Assembly: GCA_964464695.1 (NCBI GenBank)
Contig: CAYXKW010000002.1
Coordinates: forward strand, 28,379 to 89,935
Source of the DNA: an uncultured Candidatus Saccharibacteria bacterium
GTDB lineage: Bacteria; Patescibacteriota; Minisyncoccia; Phycocordibacterales; UBA5272
DNA: 61,557 bases
Direction: 5' to 3'
Part shown: positions 16,740 through 27,000 of the stretch, one piece after another
How the letters are laid out: every line of letters starts with the position of its first letter
How positions within the stretch are numbered: position 1 is the first letter of the stretch
Made by a program: the position numbers and the translations under genes
The notes under the pieces: model-generated
Database searches by the model: none
Told to the model about the DNA's origin: nothing
The model's input: only the letters and a program-made list of their open reading frames with translations

Positions 16740-18320
16740 TTATCTGGCTTCTGGGAACTTAATATAAAATTGGGAACCCTTATCTCTTCCTTCTGACTCT
16801 GCCCAAATTTTACCTTTCTGTGCTTCTGTGAATTTCTTTGCCAAAAAGAGACCTAGCCCACTACCTAAAATGTTTACTTTTTGTAAATCTGCTCGTGAGA
16901 ATTCTTTAAACAATGATGGCATCACTTCTGGCTCAATACCGACACCAGTATCTGCTACTTTAATAGTAACATATCCATCTTTACTGGTAACAGAAACATC
17001 AATAGAGCCTTCTGGCGTGTACTTAATTGAGTTATCAATAATATTTATGATAATTTCTTTTAGCTTTGCCTGATCTGCATAAATCATTCTCTTGTGACTT
17101 GTGTCCAGAGCCGTAGTGAGATGTATACCTTTTTGTTCTGCGTGAATCTTAAAGATGGCAAGAATCTCATTAACTGTAATCAAAACGTCGAATTTCGTAG
17201 GAATATACTCCATTTGTCCTAATTCAATTTTTGATTTATCAAGATACTCCGCGAGCAGTGTCGTAACATCATTTCCCGCAATCATAATTTTCTGTAACAA
17301 ATCTTTTACAGGATTACTAATTTCTCCTTTATCGCCATCAAGTAACATTGTGGCATACCCTCGCATAACCGTAATAGGTGTACGAATCTCATGAGTTGCA
17401 AAACTCATCAATTCTGATTTTTGTTCATTTGCAAGTTCAATTTCAAAAGTATTACGAACAAGTTGGATACCGATAACAATAGTTAGTAGAAATACTAAGA
17501 TACGCAACAATAACTGCTCAACCGTTTCTGCAAGAATAAGCTCAATGAGCGAAACAACGCACAAGAAGAACGTAAAGAGCCCTGCGAAAATGTTCTTTAC
17601 GTGGAATAGCTCAACGATATATATTGCGTAGGCAGTAAATACAATAACTGGAAAAATAAAGAGTGCTCCGTATGGTACAAAATCAAAATTCTTAAACCCA
17701 ATTGGAAGAATGAAACTAAAGAGAAGGAGGAGTCCTGCTGTTAGTGACATACCCGTAAACATAAGCATCACTTGCCGACGCTCATCTCCTTTTGTTTCCC
17801 CTATTCTCTTAAAGAGAACCACAATACCCGCAACGAAAAATGAAAGTGTAACCACTCCAGCCAAAATAATTCCCTGGCTTTTTTCAGGACTGATAGCCTC
17901 ATCAGGAGAGATGAAGTTACTAAACTCTCGGAATACAAAAGGTATAAGAAGAAGCGATGAGGTAAAGAATGCGAGTGGCAATAGTACATATCTATGCCAT
18001 GGAGGTAAGACTTTTTGTTCATTTGGGAAAACATACGCAAGCTGAAAGAATGCATATGCATGCCAGATAGACAAGAAAATATGGAAACGAAGAGCGAGCA
18101 GTGCATCAGCTGGATCAGTAAACTTATACAAAAAATAGTTTGAAATACCCCATAAAATGGTAACGTATGAAAAGAAAAGAAAACTCCTGCTAGTGATACT
18201 ATTTCTACTTCTGTAGAGAACTGTCCATGCAAGAACTAGAACTCCAAGAACCGCAATACCGACACCAATCAGGTCAAACTTTACTCCTGAAAGTATTCCG
18301 TCAAAATATGTTGAATCCAT
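16740..18320 (-). CDS. Polytopic sensor histidine kinase (about 8 TM, HisKA + HATPase_c)
   Basis: H-box FATHEIRTPITV, N-box IIDNSIKYT, G-boxes DTGVGI and GSGLGLFLAK. N-terminal 290 aa are all hydrophobic helices. Confidence 0.85.
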   Translation of the reverse strand: MDSTYFDGILSGVKFDLIGVGIAVLGVLVLAWTVLYRSRNSITSRSFLFFSYVTILWGISNYFLYKFTDPADALLALRFHIFLSIWHAYAFFQLAYVFPNEQKVLPPWHRYVLLPLAFFTSSLLLIPFVFREFSNFISPDEAISPEKSQGIILAGVVTLSFFVAGIVVLFKRIGETKGDERRQVMLMFTGMSLTAGLLLLFSFILPIGFKNFDFVPYGALFIFPVIVFTAYAIYIVELFHVKNIFAGLFTFFLCVVSLIELILAETVEQLLLRILVFLLTIVIGIQLVRNTFEIELANEQKSELMSFATHEIRTPITVMRGYATMLLDGDKGEISNPVKDLLQKIMIAGNDVTTLLAEYLDKSKIELGQMEYIPTKFDVLITVNEILAIFKIHAEQKGIHLTTALDTSHKRMIYADQAKLKEIIINIIDNSIKYTPEGSIDVSVTSKDGYVTIKVADTGVGIEPEVMPSLFKEFSRADLQKVNILGSGLGLFLAKKFTEAQKGKIWAESEGRDKGSQFYIKFPEAR

Positions 18321-18405
18321 AATATAATTAAATAATGAAAATAAGTCTAGATCTTCCTAGTACTAAGTATATACGGAATCAAGGAAATGTCGTGTGTGTA
18401 ACTAT

Positions 18406-18816
18406 TTAGTCTGAAATAGGTCTCGTGACATTTTTATGCTTACTTGCGTTCCCTTCCAAGATAAGATTCATCTTTTGAACTAGCTCCTTCCCTGAATAAT
18501 TAACCTTAAGTAATACTGCAGCAGCTCCTGCTTGCAAGGCCTTATCATGAGTCGCTTGATCAGATAAATTAGAGCAAACAACCACCGGGATATTAATACT
18601 AGTATTTTCTTTCATCACACGAAGAAAATCAAAACCATCCATGTTCGGCATCATTACGTCAAGCAATATGATGTCAGGCTTCTTATCTGTTACTTCTGAT
18701 ATTCCAGATAGCCCGTCTCCTTCAATTACTACTTCGTAGCCAGCAGCTTCAAAGTTAATTGTATAAATCTCTTGGAGACTTTTATCATCTTCGATAATCA
18801 TTATTTTCTTTTTCAT
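18406..18816 (-). CDS. Single-domain response regulator (CheY-like receiver, no output domain)
   Basis: KKKIMIIEDDKSL ... DIILLDVMMPNMDGFDFLRVMK ... VVVCSN ... LLKV. Start at ATG complement 18814-18816. Confidence 0.85.
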   Translation of the reverse strand: MKKKIMIIEDDKSLQEIYTINFEAAGYEVVIEGDGLSGISEVTDKKPDIILLDVMMPNMDGFDFLRVMKENTSINIPVVVCSNLSDQATHDKALQAGAAAVLLKVNYSGKELVQKMNLILEGNASKHKNVTRPISD

Positions 18817-18861
18817 ATTTATATAGCGTAAGTATATACCTACCACTGCAATAAAACCACT

Positions 18862-20487
18862 TTAGCGAACAGTCGGCAAAGTGACCGTAAATAATGAACC
18901 TTTCCCTACCCCATCTGAGCTAATGGTAATTAGTCCATGATGAGCTTGGACAATTTCATGCGCAAGATATAGTCCTAGACCTGAACCACCACTATTTAAA
19001 ACCCCTCCTTCACCACGTGAAAATTTGGTGAATAATTTTGCTTTTGTTTCTTTGGTAATACCTATCCCTGAATCCTGTACAGAAAAAATAATCTGTTTAC
19101 TGACTGCGTCTCTGTGTAGCGAAACTTTTACGAAACCTTCTTTCGTATACTTGATACTATTGTCTATAAGATTAAGAAACACTTGTTTTAACTTAACGCC
19201 GTCGACGTTGAGCACAAAAGAATCTGCTTCGTCTAAAGTAGTTTCAAAAGAAAGACCTTTATCCTGTGCTGCGATTTTCATGTCACTCATGAGATCCTTA
19301 ACAACTATTTTAATATCCGTCTCTTCAAAGACATACTTCATGCCTCCTTGTTCAATTTTTGTTACATTCAAGAAATCCTCCACAACAGACGCGAGACCTT
19401 GAGCAGATGTAAATATGTGTCTAACTATTTCATTTTGTTTTGGAGTTAAATCACCAACCACCCCATCAGTAAGCGTTGAAGCATATCCCTTTATCACTGT
19501 AAGTGGGCTACGAAGTTGATGAGAAGCTAGTGAGATAAATTCAGATTTAAGTTTATCAAGAGATTGCAATTTTTCATTTGCTTCTTCAAGATTTTCTGTA
19601 AGGTGTTCCAGTGTTGAAATGTTCTTGATAAATTGAATACTGATAAGTAGCACAAACAAGAAAATACCAACTCGTAGTAATAGCTGTCCTGTATTTTCTG
19701 CAAAAATAACTTCTACAAACGTTGCAATACACAGTGCAAATGCCATGAGTGAAGCACCTAGATTTTGTACTTTAAAAGCCTTATGTTTAAAAATTGCATA
19801 TGCAGTGAAGACTGAAAAAGGTAAAAAAGTGACGGCCCCTAGAGGAATAAACCTTAAATCTTCAAAGACTGCAGGTAAAATAAGATTAAACGTAAACAAC
19901 AACAGAAATGTGATGATTGCACCAACTAAGATAAGTACAAAGGGGGTTTTCTCTCCTTTTTTTGCCTTAATAATTCTTCTAATTAAAAATATGAAACTTG
20001 TAACTATGAGTGAAATCGCAGTGAGAAGTAGTACCACAATCCCCTTTCCAACAATAGGCTCCGGTACCTCATTGACAAGTTGTACACCTGAAAAAACTAA
20101 ATCGCCAAAGAGCGCCCACAATGAAAAGATTGTAATGTAAGGAATGAGAATAAACTTATACCAGGTCGGAAATGTAACTTTTTCTTTTGGGAAAACATAC
20201 AGAAAATTGAAAAAAGAAAATGAATGCCAAAAACCTAGGAAAATTGTTATTTTCCAAGCCTGAAGAAATATATCTGGATCACGTGTCTGCGAACTACTGT
20301 AATTGAAAAAACTCCAAAGAATTGTCACAGAACAGAAAATAATAAACGAAACATTTGTAATACTTTTTGCATTACTAATGTACACAATAAAACCTAGGAG
20401 CCCAATTGCTGCGATTGTAATCCCAACACTTAACAAATCAAGATTACTAAATGATATATTTTGGATTAATTCGATAATTCCTGACAT
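18862..20487 (-). CDS. Polytopic sensor histidine kinase, paralog of 16740-18320
   Basis: H-box LASHQLRSPLTV, N-box LIDNSIKYT, DSGIGI, GGSGLGLYLA. Same multi-TM N-terminal architecture. Confidence 0.85.
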   Translation of the reverse strand: MSGIIELIQNISFSNLDLLSVGITIAAIGLLGFIVYISNAKSITNVSFIIFCSVTILWSFFNYSSSQTRDPDIFLQAWKITIFLGFWHSFSFFNFLYVFPKEKVTFPTWYKFILIPYITIFSLWALFGDLVFSGVQLVNEVPEPIVGKGIVVLLLTAISLIVTSFIFLIRRIIKAKKGEKTPFVLILVGAIITFLLLFTFNLILPAVFEDLRFIPLGAVTFLPFSVFTAYAIFKHKAFKVQNLGASLMAFALCIATFVEVIFAENTGQLLLRVGIFLFVLLISIQFIKNISTLEHLTENLEEANEKLQSLDKLKSEFISLASHQLRSPLTVIKGYASTLTDGVVGDLTPKQNEIVRHIFTSAQGLASVVEDFLNVTKIEQGGMKYVFEETDIKIVVKDLMSDMKIAAQDKGLSFETTLDEADSFVLNVDGVKLKQVFLNLIDNSIKYTKEGFVKVSLHRDAVSKQIIFSVQDSGIGITKETKAKLFTKFSRGEGGVLNSGGSGLGLYLAHEIVQAHHGLITISSDGVGKGSLFTVTLPTVR

Positions 20488-20491
20488 AGTA

Positions 20492-21553
20492 TTACATTAT
20501 ATATTCTACTATAGGCTTTACTCTTTTCGCTACTGCAGTCGGCTCACTTGCCTTCCCCATTCTAAAAATAAACCCAATATGTGAATCCTCAGCTTGAAAT
20601 ATTTTTACAATATCAATATATGACTTTTGAATCAAATCAACATGCTCACCAGAAAAATCTCCAGTCCCATTATCCTCAATATGCCCCCTAAGATAGATAG
20701 TTCCATTACATGGGTGCATAGCAATACCATGCGCAGTAGCAGTGAGCCATACACGTTGTAGCGTTCTCCCAAGGTTCACATAGTCCTTATTAGTTGTACC
20801 TTTCATACGAAGGGCACCATATGAGCCTGATGCTGCATACTTTTCTCCATTTTCTTTGCTTATCATTTTCGAAACTTTCAAAATTCTATTAAGTAATGTG
20901 AGTACAATCCAGTTCTTAAATAACTTAACACCTTTTAATTGATGTGGAAGGAATTCAAGTGTATCAATATAAAAACCCCCTGCTTTATCCTCATCTTTCT
21001 TGTTCCACAAAATATGATCGTAAAAAAAATCATGAAGTTTCTTGTTTTCAAAAAGTACTCGTTCATTCATCGCAAGTGCTACACCTAGTCGTTCCATATG
21101 GTGCTTATCATCCACGATAGAAAAAGAGTTATAACCAAGACTATCGGCAGCGTCATGTAAGGCCTTTTTTTCTACCACTGTTAATGTTTCTCCAGTAAAA
21201 TCTTTTCTATTGGTGCATCTGCTGTAGACAACCTCATAGAGTGGGTCTTTAGGAGTTTCTTTATGTTTCTTGAACAAAATATCAGCGACATGTTCGTGAT
21301 TACCGTTATGCGGGAATACTATAATATCTACTTCATATCCATATTCCTTCGCACTCACTACAATATTTTCCATAAGAGCACCATGGGCCATATATGACCC
21401 TTTTTGCTTTGAGTTATAGAGTGACAGGTCTGCTTCAGGGAGATTAAAAATAGAGAGTGTCTCACCATGAACTTTAAATTTCCATGGCTGGCAATTCTCA
21501 CCGGATGGAGCCTGAACGCCATCTACGATTATTTTTTCAATGACATCGTGCAT
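20492..21553 (-). CDS. Acg-type two-lobed nitroreductase family protein
   Basis: GVQAPSGENCQPWKF ... YSRCTNRKDF ... LQRVWLTATAHGIAMHP. About 350 aa, roughly twice a plain nitroreductase. Confidence 0.7.
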   Translation of the reverse strand: MHDVIEKIIVDGVQAPSGENCQPWKFKVHGETLSIFNLPEADLSLYNSKQKGSYMAHGALMENIVVSAKEYGYEVDIIVFPHNGNHEHVADILFKKHKETPKDPLYEVVYSRCTNRKDFTGETLTVVEKKALHDAADSLGYNSFSIVDDKHHMERLGVALAMNERVLFENKKLHDFFYDHILWNKKDEDKAGGFYIDTLEFLPHQLKGVKLFKNWIVLTLLNRILKVSKMISKENGEKYAASGSYGALRMKGTTNKDYVNLGRTLQRVWLTATAHGIAMHPCNGTIYLRGHIEDNGTGDFSGEHVDLIQKSYIDIVKIFQAEDSHIGFIFRMGKASEPTAVAKRVKPIVEYIM

Positions 21554-21565
21554 GTTTGTATATAA

Positions 21566-22753
21566 TTATAGGCCAAATATTTTTCTGAATGTTTCTGCAG
21601 CGTCCTGTCTTTGAGTAACTTCGTCTGGTTCATTATACGTCGGGATCAAAAGTTCATCCATATTAATAAGTGAACGGCTATTCACAAGAGGTTGGTTATT
21701 TGCAATTTTTCTTATACAGTAAGCAATTGAAGCGCCATTAACAATTGCAGCTCCTCCTAGCTGTGGCCATGAGACAATTGTCTTACCCATCTGAAGAAGC
21801 GACTCTTGCATTTTTACGGTAACATTTTCTACACCGACGCATTTTGTAGCCATCTTGCCAATACCAAACTTGTCAAGTTTAGTGAGTGACTCATATGATA
21901 AGTCATCTCCCATTTTCCCGTGGAAATATTCTACTGGCTCATCATGGTCGTATCTCTCAACATCAATTACAGCATTATCACCATTATCCGTCCCCATGAG
22001 TACAGGGATTTTATACTGCTGAGCCTTTTCACGAATAAGATATTTAATTGCAATATTATCAAGCTCATCAACAACAACATCAAGTCCATCAAAAAAGGCA
22101 TCTATATTTTCAGGAGTAAGACCATCTCTATAAAGTTCAATTTTCATGTATGGATTTATTTCATACATTCTGCGAGCTGCCATCTCTACTTTTAAAACTC
22201 CAAGATTATCTACGCCCATCAAGATACGGTTAGTATTAGAGAGAGCTAGCCTATCCATGTCTGCTAGCTTTATATGTTTAGCACCCCCCTGAAGGGTGAG
22301 TAAAAAAGCGACACTAGATCCGATACTTAAACCACCAATCCCAACAGTTGTGTTATAAAAATTTTTCTGTTCTTCTTCATTAATCAAATTTTTATTTCGT
22401 GCTGTCCTTACTGATTGAAAATCAGACTCCTTAAGAACATGAACAAGCTTGGAGGACCATGGAAAATATATCCAATTCCCATCCTTATGGATTGGTTTTT
22501 CTGATGCCAAAGCTGTGTAGTATATTTTAAATTCTTCTTTAAAAGTTTGAGTGTACACTTTAGTTGGATTCTGTATCCCAAAAAGTTCTAATTGTTGTTC
22601 TTCGTAATCATCAACAGAAACTTGAATCTTTCCGCTCTCAAAAAGCTGTGTAACAGCACGTTCATGTTCTTCGTTATTGAAATCAAAAATCACTGGTTCT
22701 GCGGGCGCTGTATCTCTTTTTGAAACAAGAAACTCTTCAAGATTGTGTGGCAT
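21566..22753 (-). CDS. ThiF/MoeB/E1-like adenylyltransferase family protein with ~130-aa N-terminal extension
   Basis: VGIGGLSIGSSVAFLL ... IKLADMDRLALSNTNRI ... DVVVDELDN ... PVLMGTDNG. Confidence 0.75.
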   Translation of the reverse strand: MPHNLEEFLVSKRDTAPAEPVIFDFNNEEHERAVTQLFESGKIQVSVDDYEEQQLELFGIQNPTKVYTQTFKEEFKIYYTALASEKPIHKDGNWIYFPWSSKLVHVLKESDFQSVRTARNKNLINEEEQKNFYNTTVGIGGLSIGSSVAFLLTLQGGAKHIKLADMDRLALSNTNRILMGVDNLGVLKVEMAARRMYEINPYMKIELYRDGLTPENIDAFFDGLDVVVDELDNIAIKYLIREKAQQYKIPVLMGTDNGDNAVIDVERYDHDEPVEYFHGKMGDDLSYESLTKLDKFGIGKMATKCVGVENVTVKMQESLLQMGKTIVSWPQLGGAAIVNGASIAYCIRKIANNQPLVNSRSLINMDELLIPTYNEPDEVTQRQDAAETFRKIFGL

Positions 22754-22830
22754 GGTTATGGATATTTACTTTTCTTAAGTGTACCATGCAAACAAAAGAG
22801 AAGAAGTTTTCTTTTTTGTGGGGAGGAAAG

Positions 22831-24357
22831 TTACTTATTGACCCAATTCTGTTTACCTGCAGCCCTAAAATATAATTCATGCCCACGTGGCCAAAAAATA
22901 ATCTTTGGATATATTCGGTCTCCTAAGTGAAGAGATAGTCTTGTGTACTCTGTACTTTGAGATAGGAGTGCCTCATAGATTATTTGTAGTGTTTTTTTTC
23001 TAATTGAAGACGTCATCTTCACGTTTGATTTAAGTTCTACATTTATTTCGAGGTATTGGTCTTCATTTTCATCATTTTTTGTGAACATTGTAAATTTACC
23101 TGTTACATACTGAGAAAGGTCTTTTGAGAGTAAGCCTTTTTTAATAAACTCAGGATATATAATTGCACCGTAAAAACTCGCAGAAAAGTCAGAACGCTCA
23201 TAGACATACACAAAGGGTAACTCAGTAATAGTATCTTTAATTCCTGCTAATGTAATTTCTACATCCAAATCTACTCCAACATTTTTAAAAATAGCTCGCA
23301 TCTCATCATAGGTATACACGCCGCCGCTATCTCCTATTTCATAACGGACAAGAGGTAACACATTATCTCCAGTACAATAAATAGAGCCGTTAACTGACTC
23401 AAAATTTATAAAATCTGGTATGTATTGTGCTAAAGTTGGCAACCTTAATGCTTGGTCAAATAGTTTTTCATAAAGGACTGTATTAGTAGTCGCCAATCTT
23501 CGAATAAGAACACAGAGTGGGGATTCTTGTGCCATTGTCCCTAAATCAGCACTTCCATACACATTCATGATATCTCTATAGATATCTTTAACACCTACAG
23601 CTTCAGTAATATAGTCTCTAAATGTCTCAGAAAATCCTTCTGCTGCAAATATTATTTTAAGATCAAAATCTTTCCAAGCAATACCTGCTTCAGCTCCTTC
23701 GTCTATCACATCTTTTACAAATGGAGGATATCCACATAAAATAATCTGATCAAAGTGCGGTGCTAGATTTTTAAATGTCTGAAAAATCTCATTTTTACTT
23801 ATTCCAGGAGTGATAATAGTAAACGAATACCCATGTTCAGTAATATGTTTAAATGCTTGGTAGGTTAGCAACCCTCCAATCCATACCCCCATTCCAAAAC
23901 AATTAATTACCAGAGTTGATTTTTTGTTATGTACTTTTGAGGAATTAAGAAACAACTGATGTGATACTGCGGATTGTAGGTCAATTGAAGATGTTCGTGG
24001 AAAGTAAAACGGCGCCCCAGTTGACCCTGATGTAGATGTCATAACGAGCGAGTCGTGTACTAGTGCTCCTTTTTTACACAAGCTATTCCAAGGAAATGCA
24101 CGCAAATAATTTTTTTTAGTAACTGGGGGGACAGTTGCAAATTCACTGATTGTTTTTATAGTCTTAGGATTTTTTCCTGATTGAGTGACAAATGTCTGAT
24201 ACGCCTCAACCTCACGCATAGTTTTTGAAAAGGTTTTCAATAATTGCTTTTTAGATATTTTTTTCCACTCTGTACTTTTTTTAGAATAAATATCATCCAA
24301 AACACTATCAAAGAGTTCTTTTTTTTGCTTATGACTATGTGTGAGTAAACGTTTCAT
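22831..24357 (-). CDS. PaaK / coenzyme F390 synthetase-like adenylate-forming enzyme
   Basis: VPPVTKKNYL ... MTSTSGSTGAPFYFPR ... YGSADLG ... LVRYEIGDSG. Confidence 0.7.
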   Translation of the reverse strand: MKRLLTHSHKQKKELFDSVLDDIYSKKSTEWKKISKKQLLKTFSKTMREVEAYQTFVTQSGKNPKTIKTISEFATVPPVTKKNYLRAFPWNSLCKKGALVHDSLVMTSTSGSTGAPFYFPRTSSIDLQSAVSHQLFLNSSKVHNKKSTLVINCFGMGVWIGGLLTYQAFKHITEHGYSFTIITPGISKNEIFQTFKNLAPHFDQIILCGYPPFVKDVIDEGAEAGIAWKDFDLKIIFAAEGFSETFRDYITEAVGVKDIYRDIMNVYGSADLGTMAQESPLCVLIRRLATTNTVLYEKLFDQALRLPTLAQYIPDFINFESVNGSIYCTGDNVLPLVRYEIGDSGGVYTYDEMRAIFKNVGVDLDVEITLAGIKDTITELPFVYVYERSDFSASFYGAIIYPEFIKKGLLSKDLSQYVTGKFTMFTKNDENEDQYLEINVELKSNVKMTSSIRKKTLQIIYEALLSQSTEYTRLSLHLGDRIYPKIIFWPRGHELYFRAAGKQNWVNK

Positions 24358-24424
24358 TATAACTGTTGAGACAACTTTACTAGTTTAGTTCTAATTGTGT
24401 AACAAGACAAATGACAACAAATAA

Positions 24425-26371
24425 CTATATGACTAATGTATAATCAATAACTTTTAGTTCAAGATTAGCGTTCTTAACTTTTATTTTTACAGGTGTGCCG
24501 ATTTTGTATTCTACGCCAGTACGTTCTCCGAACACTCGTCCACCTTTTTGGTCATAGTTATAAAAGTCATCGCCTAAATCACGAAGTCGTATCATACCTT
24601 CACACTTACTTTTCTTTTCTTCAACAAAGATTCCCCACTCAGAAACACCTGATACCATTCCATCGAACTCTTCACCAATTCGATATGACATGTACTCGAC
24701 TTGCTTGTACTTAATACTACCCCGCTCAGCATCAGATGCTTCCTTTTCACGACGAGATGCCTGCATACATAGCTTTTCGTAGAATCCTCTTTCCTCTACC
24801 TTTGGATAATTCTTATCAAGCACTTTCATGAGAAGTCGATGTGTAAGCACGTCTGGATAACGGCGAATCGGAGATGTGAAGTGTGAATAGAAATCAAAAG
24901 CAAGACCGTAGTGTCCGACGTTATTAGTACTATAAATAGCTTTTGCCATCGAGCGAGTAATATGAACCTGAAGGAGAGCTTTTTCTGGCCTATCTCCCAT
25001 TTTTATAAGGAGGTCATTTAAATCTTTTGATGGAATAAGTCCGTCCATAAATCTCACTGTGTACCCAAGTCCCTTAATGTATAAATTCAAGTCATGCATC
25101 CTATCTGGATCTGGTTTATCGTGAATACGGTACACACAAATTGCATTTCCTTCACCATTAATATCTTCTTGAGTCTTAGTAATAAATTTACTGACGTATT
25201 TATTTGCTAGAAGCATATACTCTTCAATTAATTTATGAGTATCACCACGTGTCTTGGTATACACATCAATCGGCACACCTTTTTCATCTAACTTGAATTT
25301 AACCTCCTCTGTTTCAAGCTGTAACGCGCCATTATCAAAGCGCGCTTTGTTTAATTTTTTAGCTATTGTATTTAAAATCTCAAGCTCTTCAAAAAAATCC
25401 CCACTCTTTGTATCGAGTGTTACCTGAGCATCTTCATAGCTATATCTTCGGTGTGAATTAATAAGTGAGCGCCCATACCATTCATTGTGAACATTCCCTT
25501 CGGTATCTAGCTCTAGGACACATGACATAACCAACCTGTCCTCACCCTGCACAAGTGAACACAGATCATTTGAAAGCACTTCTGGAAGCATTGGAATAAC
25601 TCGGTCAACAAGATATACAGATGTTTCTCGCGCGATTGCTTCTTGGTCTAATGCCATTCCGTCGCGTACATAATATGATACATCTGCAATGTGTACACCT
25701 ACTTCGAAATTACCATTTGGAAGTTTTTGGAATGAAATAGCATCATCAAAGTCTTTTGCATCAATTGGGTCAATAGTAAATGTAGGAACAGCTCTGAAGT
25801 CTCGTCTATCTTTCTTATCTTCCTCTGTAATTCCACGCGACTTGATACTATTTGCTTCTTCATTTACTTCTTTTGCATGCTCATCAGAAAATCCGCGTTC
25901 AAGTGCGTAAGCTAGCATTTCTGCATTATTATCTCCAGGCTTCCCTAAAATATTTGTCACTTTTCCAATTGGAGACTTTTTTGCATCAGTCCAATCAGTA
26001 ATCGCAACTATTACTTTCATACCGGTTTCTGCATCCATTCGTGCGTTATTTGGAACAATGATATCGGTATACATTCTCTTATCATCAGGCACAAGAAAAC
26101 ACATACCATTTTCTACTTCAAGAATCCCTGCATAACCCTTACGGCCTCGTTCGATAATCTGCGTAACACTACCGTATAGCTCATCTTCTCCTTTTTGATT
26201 CTTATGCTTCCCAAGAAGCTCCACCTCAACATGGTCCCCTTGTAACGCAGTATGGAGATGTGAATGGTCCACAAAAATAGCCCCTTCTTTGGATTGTTCA
26301 AGATCTGACACCCGAACGTACCCATCTTTTTTAGAAGTAATACTTATTTGCCCTGTAAAAAGTCTTTGCAT
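24425..26371 (-). CDS. rnr: Ribonuclease R (RNB family exoribonuclease with C-terminal S1 domain)
   Basis: IDPIDAKDFDDAISF, RVIPMLPEVLSNDLCSL, HYGLAFDFYSHFTSPIRRYPD, C-terminal S1 (FDGMVSGVSEWGIFV). Confidence 0.9.
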   Translation of the reverse strand: MQRLFTGQISITSKKDGYVRVSDLEQSKEGAIFVDHSHLHTALQGDHVEVELLGKHKNQKGEDELYGSVTQIIERGRKGYAGILEVENGMCFLVPDDKRMYTDIIVPNNARMDAETGMKVIVAITDWTDAKKSPIGKVTNILGKPGDNNAEMLAYALERGFSDEHAKEVNEEANSIKSRGITEEDKKDRRDFRAVPTFTIDPIDAKDFDDAISFQKLPNGNFEVGVHIADVSYYVRDGMALDQEAIARETSVYLVDRVIPMLPEVLSNDLCSLVQGEDRLVMSCVLELDTEGNVHNEWYGRSLINSHRRYSYEDAQVTLDTKSGDFFEELEILNTIAKKLNKARFDNGALQLETEEVKFKLDEKGVPIDVYTKTRGDTHKLIEEYMLLANKYVSKFITKTQEDINGEGNAICVYRIHDKPDPDRMHDLNLYIKGLGYTVRFMDGLIPSKDLNDLLIKMGDRPEKALLQVHITRSMAKAIYSTNNVGHYGLAFDFYSHFTSPIRRYPDVLTHRLLMKVLDKNYPKVEERGFYEKLCMQASRREKEASDAERGSIKYKQVEYMSYRIGEEFDGMVSGVSEWGIFVEEKKSKCEGMIRLRDLGDDFYNYDQKGGRVFGERTGVEYKIGTPVKIKVKNANLELKVIDYTLVI

Positions 26372-26606
26372 ATTGCCTTATTCTAACATAGTAAGACAAG
26401 ATGTGTTATCACGTTAACAAACTAGCATAAAAGTGTACAAAGGCATGACTTTCGTTTCTATTACGTTTCCATTCAATGAAGGTCTTACCTTTGTGTGACT
26501 TCTCCCATTAAAACTTTACAAATTAATAATTTACAGTAGTATAAAACTACCTAGCTTCTTTACGAGCTAGGAATTACAGTGTCGTGGACACAGAAAGTTT
26601 TTTATC

Positions 26607-26978
26607 ATGAAAGTTAGCCTTGAACTTTTTAGCACCGAAATGCCCTTCTTTAACAGTCATCTTAAAGAAGTTGCTGAGGGAGTAATCGATGGCTGGAGTA
26701 ATCTTACTCCCGAAGTCCAAAAACTTGTACTTTGGGCAGGTGTAAGGTTTGACCCAATTAAAGGTATTCAAGTCCAGATACAACTCGAGTGGGAGATAGT
26801 CATAGAATTCAGCCTAGTCAGCAAAATAAATCAAAAGCACACTTTTTATATTGAGGGGTGTGAAAAGATCAAAAGTCGAACTGAAGAGCTGTTCAAGGAA
26901 GTTGTACTTCAATCCTTAAAAAATATTTCAAAGGGATTGCAGGAAAACGCCGAAGACTTAAGAGAAACACTAGCGTAA
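26607..26978 (+). CDS. Hypothetical 123-aa protein
   Basis: Isolated plus-strand ORF with its own terminator and no recognisable motif. Confidence 0.45.
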   Translation: MKVSLELFSTEMPFFNSHLKEVAEGVIDGWSNLTPEVQKLVLWAGVRFDPIKGIQVQIQLEWEIVIEFSLVSKINQKHTFYIEGCEKIKSRTEELFKEVVLQSLKNISKGLQENAEDLRETLA

Positions 26979-27000
26979 AGTTTTGTGTCGTGTAACTAAC

